From assembly GCA_012026655.1 (NCBI GenBank), contig JAAILG010001921.1:1-59951 (forward strand): a DNA stretch of 59,951 nucleotides, in the 5' to 3' direction. Numbering within the stretch: position 1 is the stretch's first letter; each line of letters begins with the position of its first letter. This document shows positions 47,227-59,951 of the stretch, in pieces. A program made the position numbers and the translations under genes. The stretch is from Hydrolagus affinis. Taxonomy: Eukaryota. The notes beneath the pieces were generated by a model. The model was given only the letters and a program-made list of their open reading frames with translations. It had not been told where the DNA came from and did no database searches.

Positions 47227-50200
47227 GCGCTCTGAGACGCCGTCCGGTGTGGAGAGCGCTATATAAATCAAAGTTGTTGTTGTTGAGTGCCGGCCGAATC
47301 TTTAGCAGGTCACCAATAATCACAAATGTCGGACAGCATTTCCCCCCCCGGTGACTTGGGCCGTGGCACACTTCCCTCCAACGCTTTCTTCACTTACATT
47401 GACTGTCAGTCGGTCTATCCACGAGGTGGGTGAAGGTTGGAGGAAGTGGGGATGTGGGGGAAAATCAGACCCCACAAAATATGCAGTCAATCAACTTTAC
47501 AATTATAAATAATTAGTAATAATTAGTATTAGCGTCAAAGCGAGATCCAGTTTTGTCCTCGACCACCCATGCCTTCCTGCCCAACACAGACCACTAGATA
47601 AGAATCGCTAATCCCTTCAAACTCTTCCCCCACCCCCCCCAACCACCACCCTCTCCTCCCACACACTCTTACCTCCGACCGACCAAATGTCATGGTGTTG
47701 AATTTCAGGGCGTGGAGCATAGTGCTGCGGTCTCAGTGTGTAAACTGGTGCAGCTCATCGGCCTTAACAAGATAACAATTCTGTGTCCTTCCTTGATTAG
47801 AGATTGGTGCAGAGATCACAACGCTGGCTGCCTCGGAGTACATGCCAGCTCCTTTTGGTGACTCCAGCAACAGCAGCTCGTATTTATACAGTGCCCTACA
47901 CGTTGCACCTCGGAACGCTGCACAGTTGGACGCTGAGATAGGGCAGAACTGGGAGGTGACCATAGGTATGGTTGAAGATAACACAGCGCCGTGTGCTCCC
48001 AGGATACCGACGGGACGTCATCCTGACGTAAAAGATGCTATATACAAACGTAATCTTATTTTTTTTGTGGTCGTGAGACCGTGGACACTCTTGTTACGAG
48101 GTCTTCCGTTCCTCACAACACTCGCAGGCAAACAGACAGACTGATGCAATATACTTTCAGGGTGCGTCGTGTTGGGGGTAACTTGCCTGTTGATTTGACT
48201 CACTTGCAGAACTCAATGAATCCCCTGGGGATTTTGTTGTGATGACTCTAATCGCGTGATTCTGTGGGGGTGGGGGTGGTCATCAAATGGAGAGAACTTC
48301 TCAAATTGACGACACTCCCATCAAAAGCTTTGAGACTCTAGTAAAACTCCATTCATTGGAACTGCATTAAAGTGTCCATTTCTAACCTAAACCCTTAAGA
48401 GGTTTCAGTGTCTCCCTGCTTACCCCCCCCATCCAATGTTTGCAGCCACATACATACACGTCAGGCTCCCTCAATGGAACTAATGCAGCGTTGAGCCAAC
48501 ACAGAACAGGAAGTTGAAGGTTTCATTACTAGTTTGTGCTAAGTTAACTTATTAGTGCAATTAGATCACTACAATTGGCCTCAGCCTCAGTAAAGGTAAA
48601 AACGTCAGCCAGTATTCTTGCTTCAAATTACTACATCAAGACAGTTATTTGAAATCCACTTTTCAGTGACCTTTCCCAATTCATCTCCCACCACCCCACA
48701 GTTTTTGCCCAGCCAGTAGTAGCGTGAAGGTACTTGAGAGGGATTTGTCCTCCTGACTTGAACGGCGCTGTATAAAATGTCAATTGTATTGTATTAAATA
48801 ACACAGGCTGGAAACCATGAGGATACGTGGTTGAGGTGGGAACAGTGAGGAAAAAACAACTTGCGTTTCTCTCGCTCCTTTCTATATTTTGGGGAGGCTA
48901 ACTCTCCCTCCCTCCTCCCCACCTCTCTCCCTTGTCCCCCCCCCACCCCAAACAAGCTAATATCCCACAGGAATACATACCTTAGTGCTGGGCGGAGCGG
49001 TGTGTGGTGGTGATAGATGAGGTTCATGCATGCTCAGGTCAGCTCCGTTAGCCATCTCCTGTTTCCTGTGAGCAGAAACAAACAGCGAGTTAGACAAATG
49101 GTTCGTACATCACCCCCAAGAGGTGTACGCACAAGCCATTACAACAACTTTCACTTTCTGTCGTGCCCTCCACGCAGGGTAGAGACTCATAGAGCTTAAC
49201 AGCGGTGGAGTCTGACTCTGAACCTTGGGTGGAGGTGCTAGGGGGGGATGGGAATGTGAGCATGAACACGGTCGAACGGAAGGTTTACAGGAGAAAGGGG
49301 GCAAGGCGGAGGGATTGAGTTTAGGGAGAGTGTACCAGAGTTTGGATGGTGATTGTGCATGGGACTGGATAAGTTCAAACAATGATGAAGGGGTTCCTTG
49401 TGTGTCAAACACCCAGGCTAACTAACAAAATAAAACAAGCATTAAGAGTAGGATGCCACCTGGCAGAGAGAGATTAGTGCAAACAGGCTCTGAGGACCAA
49501 AGTCCGCCTGCGGGATTTAGCAAAGTGTAAACAGCGAGAGAACCAGAGCAAAGTCAAGCAAACACCAACAGACTGGGTGAAACTCCCTTCTCTTCAATTC
49601 CAGAGACTGTGGGCAGAACGGTTGAAAGCTCGTCCACCAATGGAGATGATGGGGGGAGTGACGGAGGGGGAGTATGAAGCAGGTGGCTGTTAGCCAAGCA
49701 GATGAACAGAAGGGTTGCAAAGAAAGTACCAATACTATCTACATCAGTGTATCATTTGCCTGGGAAATAATAATAATACTAATAATAATCCTTGCATGTT
49801 ATTTAGTGCCTTTCACGTCAAGAGGACGTCTCAGAGTGCTTCACAAGTGACTGTGTACTTTTGTAGGCAAAAGCAAACTTGCCCCCGCTCTCCCACCCAC
49901 CCACCTCCTCCTCCCCAAACACCCCTGGAAGGGTTGATTTCAAAGGCCTAATGAGAAGAATCATAGCCCGTAAATGGCTGGCCTTCAGATGGAGTACATC
50001 AAACAATTTTACTGATGATTTCCTTCACACTTGGTAACTGTGCATCTTCGATTCACTCCATCTATATTTCCACAGCTGTTGTTGCGAAGAGAAACAGGAG
50101 GTCCGTTTCTAAGAAAACCTCATCAGGGCCAGTTACAAGACTGTTATTGATTAACCACTGGATCTTGCTGTTCGCTGGTAACGCGCCACACATTAGTTTC

Positions 50201-51920
50201 CAGGTCTCCAAATTAACAAGAGACTCAACAAAAGCATCAATCTCCTGGCCTCAAGCAGCCACTCACTAATATACAGATGGTCAGCTACAGCACACACTCT
50301 CGTGTTTGCCTAACGCAGGCCACGTGTCCTTGGAACACATTGAAAAGATCAGTATCAGAGTCTGAATCAAATCACACTCTCGCCAGGAGCATATCCTTGT
50401 GAACCAATCATCCCTCTTTCTCCATCCCCCCAATCGTCTCCAGGCTGCAGCATATTCACTGTACAATTTCCATGTGGAATTTCCATGTACAAATTCTCCT
50501 TCAATCCCTCTGTCTTGCCCACCACCCCCACCCACCCCCACCCCTTTTCAAGTCGCGCCTCAAAACCTTCCTTTTCGACCGTAAATATAATTTATTGTTG
50601 TAGTCTTACCCGCCCAATTCACTCTGACATCCCCTTTGGAGGAATCGATACATCAAGTATTGCAGCATTCCACCCAACTGGTCTATTCCAGTGTTAACAC
50701 CCCACATAAAATATTTGTAAGCATTTCACACACAAATATTGACTTCATAGTATATTATGTAAAGCGCTTTGAGATACTACATCTATAAGATGTGAAAAGC
50801 ACTATATCAAATACACTTATTATAATAAACCATCTCCCCTCCTGATCCCCTCCCTCTCTTTCCCTCCACACTCCTTCTCCCTTGTGTATGCATTAAAATC
50901 TATCCATTCTGTTTAACTGCATGAAAGACATGAAACAGTGCAAATTGCCAAAACTCATCCACAAAATTTACAGAATATTCTGTGAAGCATTTCAAGATAT
51001 CGTGAAGATGTGATATAGACACAATATCAAATGCAAGGATTATTATTTTTACAACACCCTGAATGAAATCTCAAAGCTTAGTGGTAATTTTTTTCCTTGC
51101 CCATCAAAGCCAAGCCTTACCTAGCCTCACCAACATCCACATTATCCTTCTTTCTTTTCTTTCAAGGGGTGGATAGATAAAGGCCAAAAAACCTGTTGGA
51201 TGTCCACTCACTAAACTTCAAGCCATTGAAGTCAATTGCCCAGCCCGGACTACAATCCTTTAAGATCATGAAACACAGCACAAACAAGGCTGCAACCTAC
51301 AACAACAACAACTTTGATTTATATAGCGCCCTCCATGCCAGACGGCGTCTCAGAGCACTTCTCTACCTACAAAGTCTTCTGGGTCTAAGTCTGCACTTTC
51401 ATCCACCGGAACAATCAAAGGGTAGGGTCTTGTTCACCCAAGTTTTCTTTTTGAAAATAAATTGGAGGAGGGAGGAGGGGGTTTGTGGGAGAGAAAGAAA
51501 AAAAAATCCTATCAATTACATGATCCACCGATATCACATAAAGAATTTGTAAAAAAAAAGTAGCTAACTAATTAGTAACCCACTGAAGCACACCTCATCA
51601 TAGAGCCTGGAGTCGTGTTCCCCATTTGTGAGATAAATCCTCGCCACAGTGCAGACTGACAGAGACAACCAAATGTAGCAACCTGATCAGCAGAACTTCC
51701 TGGTAGGTGATCTTTATCCTGGAATCACTTAATGACAGTGGCTCCCACCCTGAGTTCCTTTTACAGGCTTCAGCCTGATACTCGCTTATCAAATCATTAA
51801 GGGCAGTAAACTTTCCAATTTACCTTTAATTCAGGTAAAATCAGAATCCAATGTTTCCTGTACTACCAAGTATCCCAACCTCCCCTTAGGATCTGGAAGA
51901 ACATCAATATAAGACTTTAA

Positions 51921-52290
51921 ATTCAGTGGTTGGAGCTCTTGCCTCTCAAGTGAGAGACCTGGGTTTGATTCCTGGCCAGGGTGAAACATTGGGCAAGTTT
52001 CCTTACTCTACACGCCACTGTTTACCTAGCAGTAAGTAGGAACCTGATTAGTTGATTGGTGGGATGTTTTTCTGGGGTTAATAATTCCTTCAAAAATCAA
52101 ACAAACAAAATAATGAATTGGTCACTTAATCCTCGACTGTTTGTGGGACATTGCTGTGCGCAATTGGCTGCCTTGTTTTGCCTACAAAATGTATAGTCAA
52201 TTCACTTTACAGTATATTCTGCTTTGAGATGTCTTGAAGGCAATGTAGAGTGCTGCATCAAATGCAAAAAAAAATATTACAATTATTTAT
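51921..52290 (+). mobile_element. tRNA-derived SINE, long subfamily
   Basis: Same architecture as 30543-30914. Confidence 0.8.
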
Positions 52291-54244
52291 GCACAAATAA
52301 TTATTTCTAATAATAATTATTAAAGGATATTTTTGAATCTGAGGTATTTTTCCGATTGCCTTGACCTCAACAGTAGGCATCGTCAAAATGCTTTTATTTT
52401 ACAAGTGGAAATGTTGTATTAAGTTGCCTTATGCCGTCGTACAATACGTGGGTTGCGTGTGTTGGAATATCTAAGCCACTTCTATTCACCTGGTAAAGCA
52501 CCTGATCATGTTATCACAACGTCTCAAAGTGCTTTGCAGGATATTACGGTAAAGTGGAGTGACTGCATTTTGCGGGTGAAATGTGGCAGCCAATTGAGCA
52601 CAGCAGGGTCCAATTTAAACAACTTTATTTGGGGTAATTTGCTAAACCGGAATACCATCATTTATGACTTAGATGTTCTGAGTGGTTGCCATGTGTTGCT
52701 TTTCTTCCCCCCCGCAGAGTTGAACTGTGTGTTGAGTGTGAATGTGTGAACAGAAAGTGTTGCCAATGTGTGGGCACAGAGCCTGGCGTTAGGAATTTTA
52801 AATCTTATCAGTAGGGTTCCACCTAACTCCTATTCCTATAAAACAAGAAGTAATAAAGTATAATTCGGCGGAAGAAAACAAAAAAAAACTCGGCTTTAGA
52901 CGTTTCTGCTAAATCAACATCACAAACCTAATCTATATTGCAAACCGTCTGTGCAATGGGAGCATCTCAAGAGTAAATAACCGCTCCCCTTGCTTTTCAT
53001 CCCTTCTCGATATATCCAGCAATTAATCTAGTCGTTCAGTCTCTGCGGCACCCGGTTGCAAAGCTTGAGGTGCCTCCATTAATAACATTGTAAGAGATGG
53101 AAATAGTTATTTTATTCCGAAGGGCTCATTATGTAAAAGTTATTTGAAATGCAATAATCCTCTATCTTAATGTTCGTGGGTATGAAAAAAACAACAACAT
53201 GGCTTCTGACGTAGCATCGAAATATGCTCTGTTGGACCTCACATCAAAACATCTAGAATTCTAGTATGAACCTTCCCTTCCCGCACCCCATCCACCTCCT
53301 TCTTCCCACCGCCCCCCCCCCATAGCTACTCTTTCATCTTCCTCCCACTGCTGTACTGTGGAAGACATTTCACTTGACTAAACACTAAATAAACTGGAGT
53401 TTTGGGGGCAATCATGACATGGATAATAAGACATTGAAAGCAATTCCTTCCCTAGAGAAGGTAAAGTTAATGCTAAAGGGGAGGAGTGGGGGTGGGGGGG
53501 AAATGCTCTCAACATCATTAAGGCAGTCTCGTCTTCTCTTGTTTTCATCCAGAAGCTATTAGAGCTAATGGGACATTCTTTAGATCTGAAAATAAATACA
53601 GTATTCCACTTGCTTAAAAAAGAGCTGTGTTTCAAAACACATTAGTGGGAAACGCAAAAACACTGGCTTTTGAAATATTCCCTCCTCTCTCATTCCACGT
53701 AATTTTTCTTCAGAGTATTATACAAAACTTTTTTTTCTCATTTTTTTGGCCCCTCGGGTATCAGATTATAGGGAGATGTCAAAAAAACCAAGTCTCGGAG
53801 AATATCACTGAAAGTTGTAATAGCCCAGTAACGGTAATAATCCTTGCGTTTGGTTACAAAATATGATGTTGAAAACGTCTCAAAGCGCTTTACAAAGTCT
53901 CTATTAATCGTAGTGACTGTGTATTTCAAGGGGGACATGGCAATCAGCCAATCTGGGCACAATAACTTCCCACAAACAGCCGTGAAGTAAATGACCAATT
54001 TTATCTGGGGGATTGTTGGCCAGGACACCAGGAGAAAGACAAAATCCCTTCTGTTTTTCAATAGTGGCGTAGGATCTTTCCACCTGAACGGCAAAACGGA
54101 AGCTTGCTTTAATGTCTATTAAGATCTACTAAGATGCAGATCGATTAAATTCTACGATAGTCATCACATGGGATCCCCAGATTAGTTTGGATGAAGAAGG
54201 TCCTTTGACCCATCCAATCTCATCCTTCAAAGAGTGTACGTTTG

Positions 54245-54620
54245 AGATAAATCTGAAAAATTTGGGATTCGATAGAGTAAGTACAGAAGAGGCTATTTCC
54301 TCAGGTGGGGGATTCCAAAACAGGGGGGCATCATCTTAAAATGAAAACCAGGCCATTTAAGAGTGAAATCAGGAAGCATTATTTCATTCAAAGGGTGAAA
54401 AAAATCTGTTATTTGCTCCCCCAAAAAGGCTATGAACACTGGATCCATCCACACCTTCCAGAGTGAGGTTGGTAGATCTTTATGGTCGGGGTATTAAGGG
54501 ATACGGGGAGAAAATGGGAAATTGGAATTGAAAGGATTAGTAGAGGTACAGATCAGCCATAATCTAATTAATTGGTGGAACAGGCTCGAAGGGCTGAATG
54601 GCGTCCTCCTGTTCCTATGT
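54245..54620 (+). mobile_element. CR1 LINE 3' fragment
   Basis: CR1 ORF2 end remnant and 3' UTR ending gggctgaatggcgtcctcctgttcctatgt; similar tails at about 17660-17840 and 27140-27270. Confidence 0.75.
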
Positions 54621-57490
54621 AGTCTGGTCTGTTTGGCTGGTGCTTTATCCATTATTTCTAAAAAAAAACATTACAAAGGTTAACATTCCATCCAAGTCTT
54701 TCTCTTCACTGATTCCAATGAATTGATCACATTCATGTCCCACTTCCCCGCCAGTGATTTCATCATGTAGGCAGGAGAATGTGACTTGCTATCTATCAGT
54801 GTGACACAGCCACCCACAGATGGATGGGGTCACCAGACTGCAGACTAAAATAGAGACAGAGTCTCTTTATCTCACGTCAGTCAATTTCTTTATTGGACCT
54901 TCATCGTATTCATGTTGTTCAACTCTGTGCACTTCCCCCAAAGTTCAATACAGAGTGAGTGGCGCTGGTTTTGTATTTATACGTGTACAGAGGAGTGAGC
55001 GGAGGTGGTGTTCAGAGGAACCCAGCTTTCTCATCTTTCACATTCCACAAAAAAAAGCTACGTTGCACAAAGGAATACACTCACTGTATTGTGGAATTAT
55101 GAGCCATTTGTTCAAATGAGCTTCGGACTGCACTAGGCAGAACTCTGTCAATGCAACGGTCCACGAGAGAACAAGCTCTGCACCTTTTCTAAGGTGTTTG
55201 CGGGATGCCGACGGGCGCAAATTGGCTGCCACTTTGGCATTCAAGCCCACAGTCACTCACAGTGATTATAGTGTTTAGATGTAATGGACTTTCATCCAGG
55301 CACTGTATAAAATGCGAAGATTTGTGTACTGACATTTATTGATTTGTTTTCATGTCTCAAAAGCACTATGCAGAGGCGGAGGAGAAGAAGGCTGAGTGAG
55401 TGGGAAGTGTGTGTGCGCTTGTGGGGGTGGATGGGTGTGTGTTTGTTTGTGTGTATTTGTGGCATTGGACCGTAATTTTAGTTACCGTCTCGCACTCCTG
55501 CTGAAATACAATTGCACAGACAGTGGTCATTCTTTGTGTTACGATTTCCCCACCAATTATACAGTCAATTCACTTTACAGTATAGTCTGTGAAGTGCGTT
55601 GAGGTTTTCTCAAAGAGGCGATAAGGCGCTATACCAAACACAAAGTCTATTATGATACTGAATGGTGAACATTGGCGGGTGATTCTAAAGCGGGGAGGAG
55701 TACAGCTTCATCAGACCCTCGCTAACAAATATATTTGTCTTGTGTCCGTCAATATAATTGATTATGTCCGTCCTTATCTTTCATTTGAAACTTACACGTG
55801 TCGTAAATGGAATGGACTCTGCTTAGACGCTAACAGGTGACAAACATTCCCACTCTCGTAATACATTAAGATAAAATTGGGAGCCATGTAAGACCACAAA
55901 ATACCCAGTCACTGTACTTTAACAGTCTAATCCCGTGAAGTGCTCTGGGATGTTCTTTCGAAGAGAACAAGGTTATTTTGTATATTATTTATCGATCCTT
56001 TTCTAAACTCGTTTGAATCCAAATGTTGATGGAGTTCTGTGCAATTGCAGGAGCGAGAGTCTGTAACCAGAGATTTTTTAAAAAGCCACTCAGTTTTGAT
56101 AGAGGTTATTAGCAGTTAAATCCATTGTGTTGTAAAATTCATGGTCGTATTGTGAATATTATTAGAATAACATTATTGCAACTGGTGAAAAAATACTAAA
56201 TTCGCTCTCAATTCAAGGGACAGAATTTCAAAGAAACTGTTCCTTGATTCAATCTGAGAATTTTCTTTTTCTCTCTTGTTCTCTCTTTCTCTCCTCCCAT
56301 CTCCTCCCTTCATTTCCCTTGCCTTCCATTCAGAGAGACGGTAACACGATCCGTTTTGCTCGCAGAGAAAAGCAACAGCTGTTCATCAATTGCTCAGCCC
56401 CCAGTTAAGAATGGCTGTCAATCCATATCAGGCAATTTGGGACAGTGTTTTGCTGTCAGCGGGCACACGTTTCTACAGAAACACAGTGAGCTGTCTTGCT
56501 ATGATTTAAGATTTGGCCTAGAGAGTAAATTTTCCATGTGTGTGTGTATATGTGTTATTTGCAAAGGCTAACTTGACAGCTGTGATAGAGAATTGATTTG
56601 ATGCCCTAACTCCAAGACCCCACCGTGGCAGACAACAAATGTCCCCAAGTCTGACAGCCTCAGCATTATGGCTCTCTCTCTCTCTCTCTCTGCTGTCCCC
56701 AAATGTCAGAAACTTTTTCTTAACATGAACGTGTGTTGTTGCCTAAAGTTTCCCCTGCCTGGGAATTGAACCCAGGTCCTCTTGCTCGCGAGGCCAGTGC
56801 TCTGACTATTACGCTACAAGAATGCTCTAATGTACGAGAGAGCGAAAGCAGGAGCAAACTGAACACAACTTCACTATTAGAATGGAGACCAGCCACTGAA
56901 TCAGTGGATGAATAAGGGTGACAGTGAGGACACTGTATCGCCAATGTCAGTTTATTATAATACAGTAATAATAATAATCCTTGCATTTCATAAAGCTCCT
57001 TTCGTTGTCAAAAGAATGTCTTTGCAGTAGCTTTATTGTAAAGTTTGTTGACTGAGTATTTTGTTGGTAGAACGCAGCAATCAATTTGCACGCAGCAATG
57101 TCCCACAAACAACCATGAAGCGAATAACCAATTTTATTTGGGAGATTGTTGGCCAGGACACTGGGTGAAACTCCCTTCTCTTTTTGGAACCTTAAATTAA
57201 TTTCTCGCCAGAAGGATGTCACCTCTAACATTGCTGTACTTGCCCAGCGCAGCCTGCGCTAGAGTGTCACAGCCTAGCTCGTCTGTGAGCTCAAAGTTCC
57301 GACTTGGGGCTAGAACTCCCAACCTTCTGTCTCGGAGGTGAGAGAGTGCTTTTAACTGAGCCATACTGACACCTGCTGTATGAGCATTTCTGATGTGCTG
57401 CTTCCTGCTCTTATAATGAAAATAAAACATTTGCATTTCAAGTAGTCTCTAAACTGTCTCTACAAGTTTTCTAAAGAACTTCACAGTGCT

Positions 57491-57809
57491 AGAGCTCGCT
57501 TAGCTCAGTGGTTACAGCACTCGCCTTACAGGCGTGAGACCTGTGTTTGAATCCAGGCAGGTCAGGGCGAAACCTTGGGCAAGTTTCCTTACTCCACACG
57601 CCTAATAATAATGCCTCAAAAAAAAACACAATAACAAAAAAAATTGGTCATTTCAATCCACGCTGTTTGTGTGGGACACTGCTGTGCGCAATTGGCTGCC
57701 ACGTGTCGCCCACAAATATACAGTCAATTCACTTTACAGTATATTCTGTGAAGCGCTTTGAGACGTCAATAAGATGTGAAATGCGCTATATCAAAAGCAA
57801 GGATTATTT
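57491..57809 (+). mobile_element. Full-length tRNA-derived SINE, short subfamily
   Basis: A/B boxes, body, tail. Confidence 0.9.
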
Positions 57810-58425
57810 AAGCAACTCTGAACTCAGGCAGTGCGTGTGTGAGAGAGAGAGAGAGAGAGACAGAGACAGAGAGACCATGACTGCGGATGGAAACTCAAAT
57901 GTCTTTTCAAATGTGTTTAATGCACCACTAAATACAGGTACAACCTCCTGAGATTCAACCGAAGATTACTTCTCAGTACTTTTGCTATAAGGTCCCTATC
58001 AGTGATCCTTAGCCATAATAAGATATTAATGCTGCTATCTACCGAAGCACCTCTTTTCTCTTTCTTTCCCAACTGACTGATGGACCACTATGGTGACAAA
58101 CTTATATAATTTAACTGCAACTGTGTTTCCCAGTTACGTATCCGAGTCCTTCATCACCGCTGAATAAGAATAACCCTCGCATTTGATTCAGTGCCTTATC
58201 ACGTCTTCAAGATGTCTCAAAACGCTTCACAAATTGTACCGGGTGAAGTGAATTGACTGTATACAGTATTTGGTGGGTGAAACGTGGCAGCCGATTGTCC
58301 CACAAACAGTCTTGGATCGAATGAACACTTATTTTTGGAATAACTGGTATTTTTATAGCCATAAAAAAAAGCCAAAATGTTTCAAGGTGCTTTACAGTAA
58401 TTACTGCGTTACAACAACAAGGATT

Positions 58426-58736
58426 AATAATAATAGTCCTTGCATTTGATATCTTATCGACGTCTCAAAGCGCTTCACAGAATACACTGTAAAGTGAATT
58501 GACTGTATATATTTGTGGGCGAAACGTGGCCGCCAATTGCGCACAGCGGCGTCCCCACAAACAGTCGTGGATTGAAATGACCAATTTTATTATTGTGTTT
58601 TTTTGGAGGGATTATTATTAGGTGTGTGTGTGGAGCAAGGAAACTTGCCCAAGGTTTCGCCCTGACCTGCCTGGATTCGAACACAGGTCTCATGCTTGTA
58701 AGGCGAGTGCTCTAACCACTGAGCTACAGGAGCTCC
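58426..58736 (-). mobile_element. Full-length tRNA-derived SINE, short subfamily
   Basis: Reverse complement of 57491-57809. Confidence 0.9.
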
Positions 58737-59951
58737 ATGAATATAGCCACCTCTATGCTGAACGACGTCTCAGAGCATTTCCCAATAACGGATCCTGGGG
58801 CCGAGCCAGGTGACCGAAAGTGCGGTCGAGAAGAAAGGTCTTTAGCCGAGACCTGAAAATTGCTTCTAGAGCAAACAAGCACAAAAACGTGCATTTACAC
58901 AATTGCCTTTGCGCAGTGCAGCGTCTTGGGAGAGCTTAACAGGGGTTTGACCTGAGATGGGGAGAGAGAAGGAGAAAAGGGGGTAAGATGGGGGGAGTTT
59001 CAGAGATTTGGGGGCATTACAGATGGAAGAACGGCAGGTGCAGATGGAGCGGAGGGGTTAAGAAGCATTGTGTATTGGGATTAACATACAGACCTGATGC
59101 TCTATGTTATAATGGAGGATGGGGAGGGACTGAATTTGGCAAGTGGGCCCTTTAAGGGGCTAAGGATTTGCCCTCGCTTTATTTGCAAATCAAGCTGTAT
59201 GCAAACTCTCTCCAGTTCCAGGCATTTGCATGTTGTAAGTGTCGCTGATAGCGATCGTGTAAAACACTGGGTTGGATGGTGGGGTGGGGGGGGGGCGGAA
59301 AAAATAATTCCCCTGAAAACTCAGCCGTTGCAACCAAGATTCTCTCGAGTGGGTCAGAGCGTAGTTAACTCAGGCTTGTCAGAGTCTGGTTGGCAATATC
59401 GGGGCGCCCCCAACCTTTCCTCTAATTGGTTCAGAGACACGCGCGGGCATCGCTCAAAGTCACTCCCTGCTTGTTACCCAGATTCTGCGACAGTTACCGA
59501 GCTGTGCTTTGTGCAGCGCGGGGTGTCTGTGGCCCTCGACAGGCCAGAGCAGTGACGCAGGGGCAGAGCTGCTCCCCCGGTAATACACAATGAGGCATTT
59601 CATTTGTGCTCTGAAGCGAGACAGACCCGCTGAGCTGAGCGTTGCACTGAAACCAGTTTGTTAATCACTCGCAGGCTACCACCCGCGTCGCGGCTTGTGT
59701 TTCTGCCATCCCCGCTCACCACCCCCACTCACCCCCCACCCCCTACTCTTCTTCCCACTGATTTCACGCTTTACGGGAAGTTGTTGCGTCTGCAAATTGA
59801 GATTTCTGCCGGGAACTCGCACCTTCCCCCCCTTGTGGAGCTCGGCAGCTCGCGCGAGAATAGAACGGGATTGATTTGTCGCCTCACACTGTCCGCCCAC
59901 CCCCCCCCCAACCCACCCCACACATCCCTCTCCCCTTGCCCACCTCACCTT

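Noticed and set aside
59097-59555. 152-aa plus-strand ORF
   Set aside because: No recognisable domain, starts in repeat-derived sequence, no coherent exon structure

Overview
Vertebrate genomic DNA, most likely a cartilaginous fish. This is inferred from the abundant tRNA-head/Deu-domain SINEs and the L2 and CR1 fragments, which resemble the elephant-shark repeat landscape; it was not verified by search. Two multi-exon genes converge tail-to-tail. (1) On +, a tapasin-family gene (7 coding exons seen, 1680-7468; signal-peptide exon not found and probably upstream of the window). It encodes N-domain, IgV, IgC1, TM and a short tail ending KKKPY*. It mixes features: a tapasin-like KKxx ER-retrieval tail, a long TAPBPR-like editing loop, no free luminal Cys and no charged TM residue. 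It does not lie in the usual TAPBP or TAPBPR neighbourhood, so it is a candidate for a third tapasin-like lineage. (2) On -, a RAP1GAP2-type gene with 19 firmly placed in-frame exons (18750-40897) and an intact KRHIGND catalytic motif; its N- and C-terminal exons are unresolved and divergent. The rest is intron/intergenic DNA rich in SINEs, L2/CR1 3' ends, at least three DNA-transposon MITEs (one very young hAT) and microsatellites. Almost all ORFs in the supplied track are spurious or partial exons. No rRNA, true tRNA or CRISPR features are supported. Exon coordinates were derived by hand from splice signals and frame continuity. Comparisons to human proteins are from memory and need alignment.
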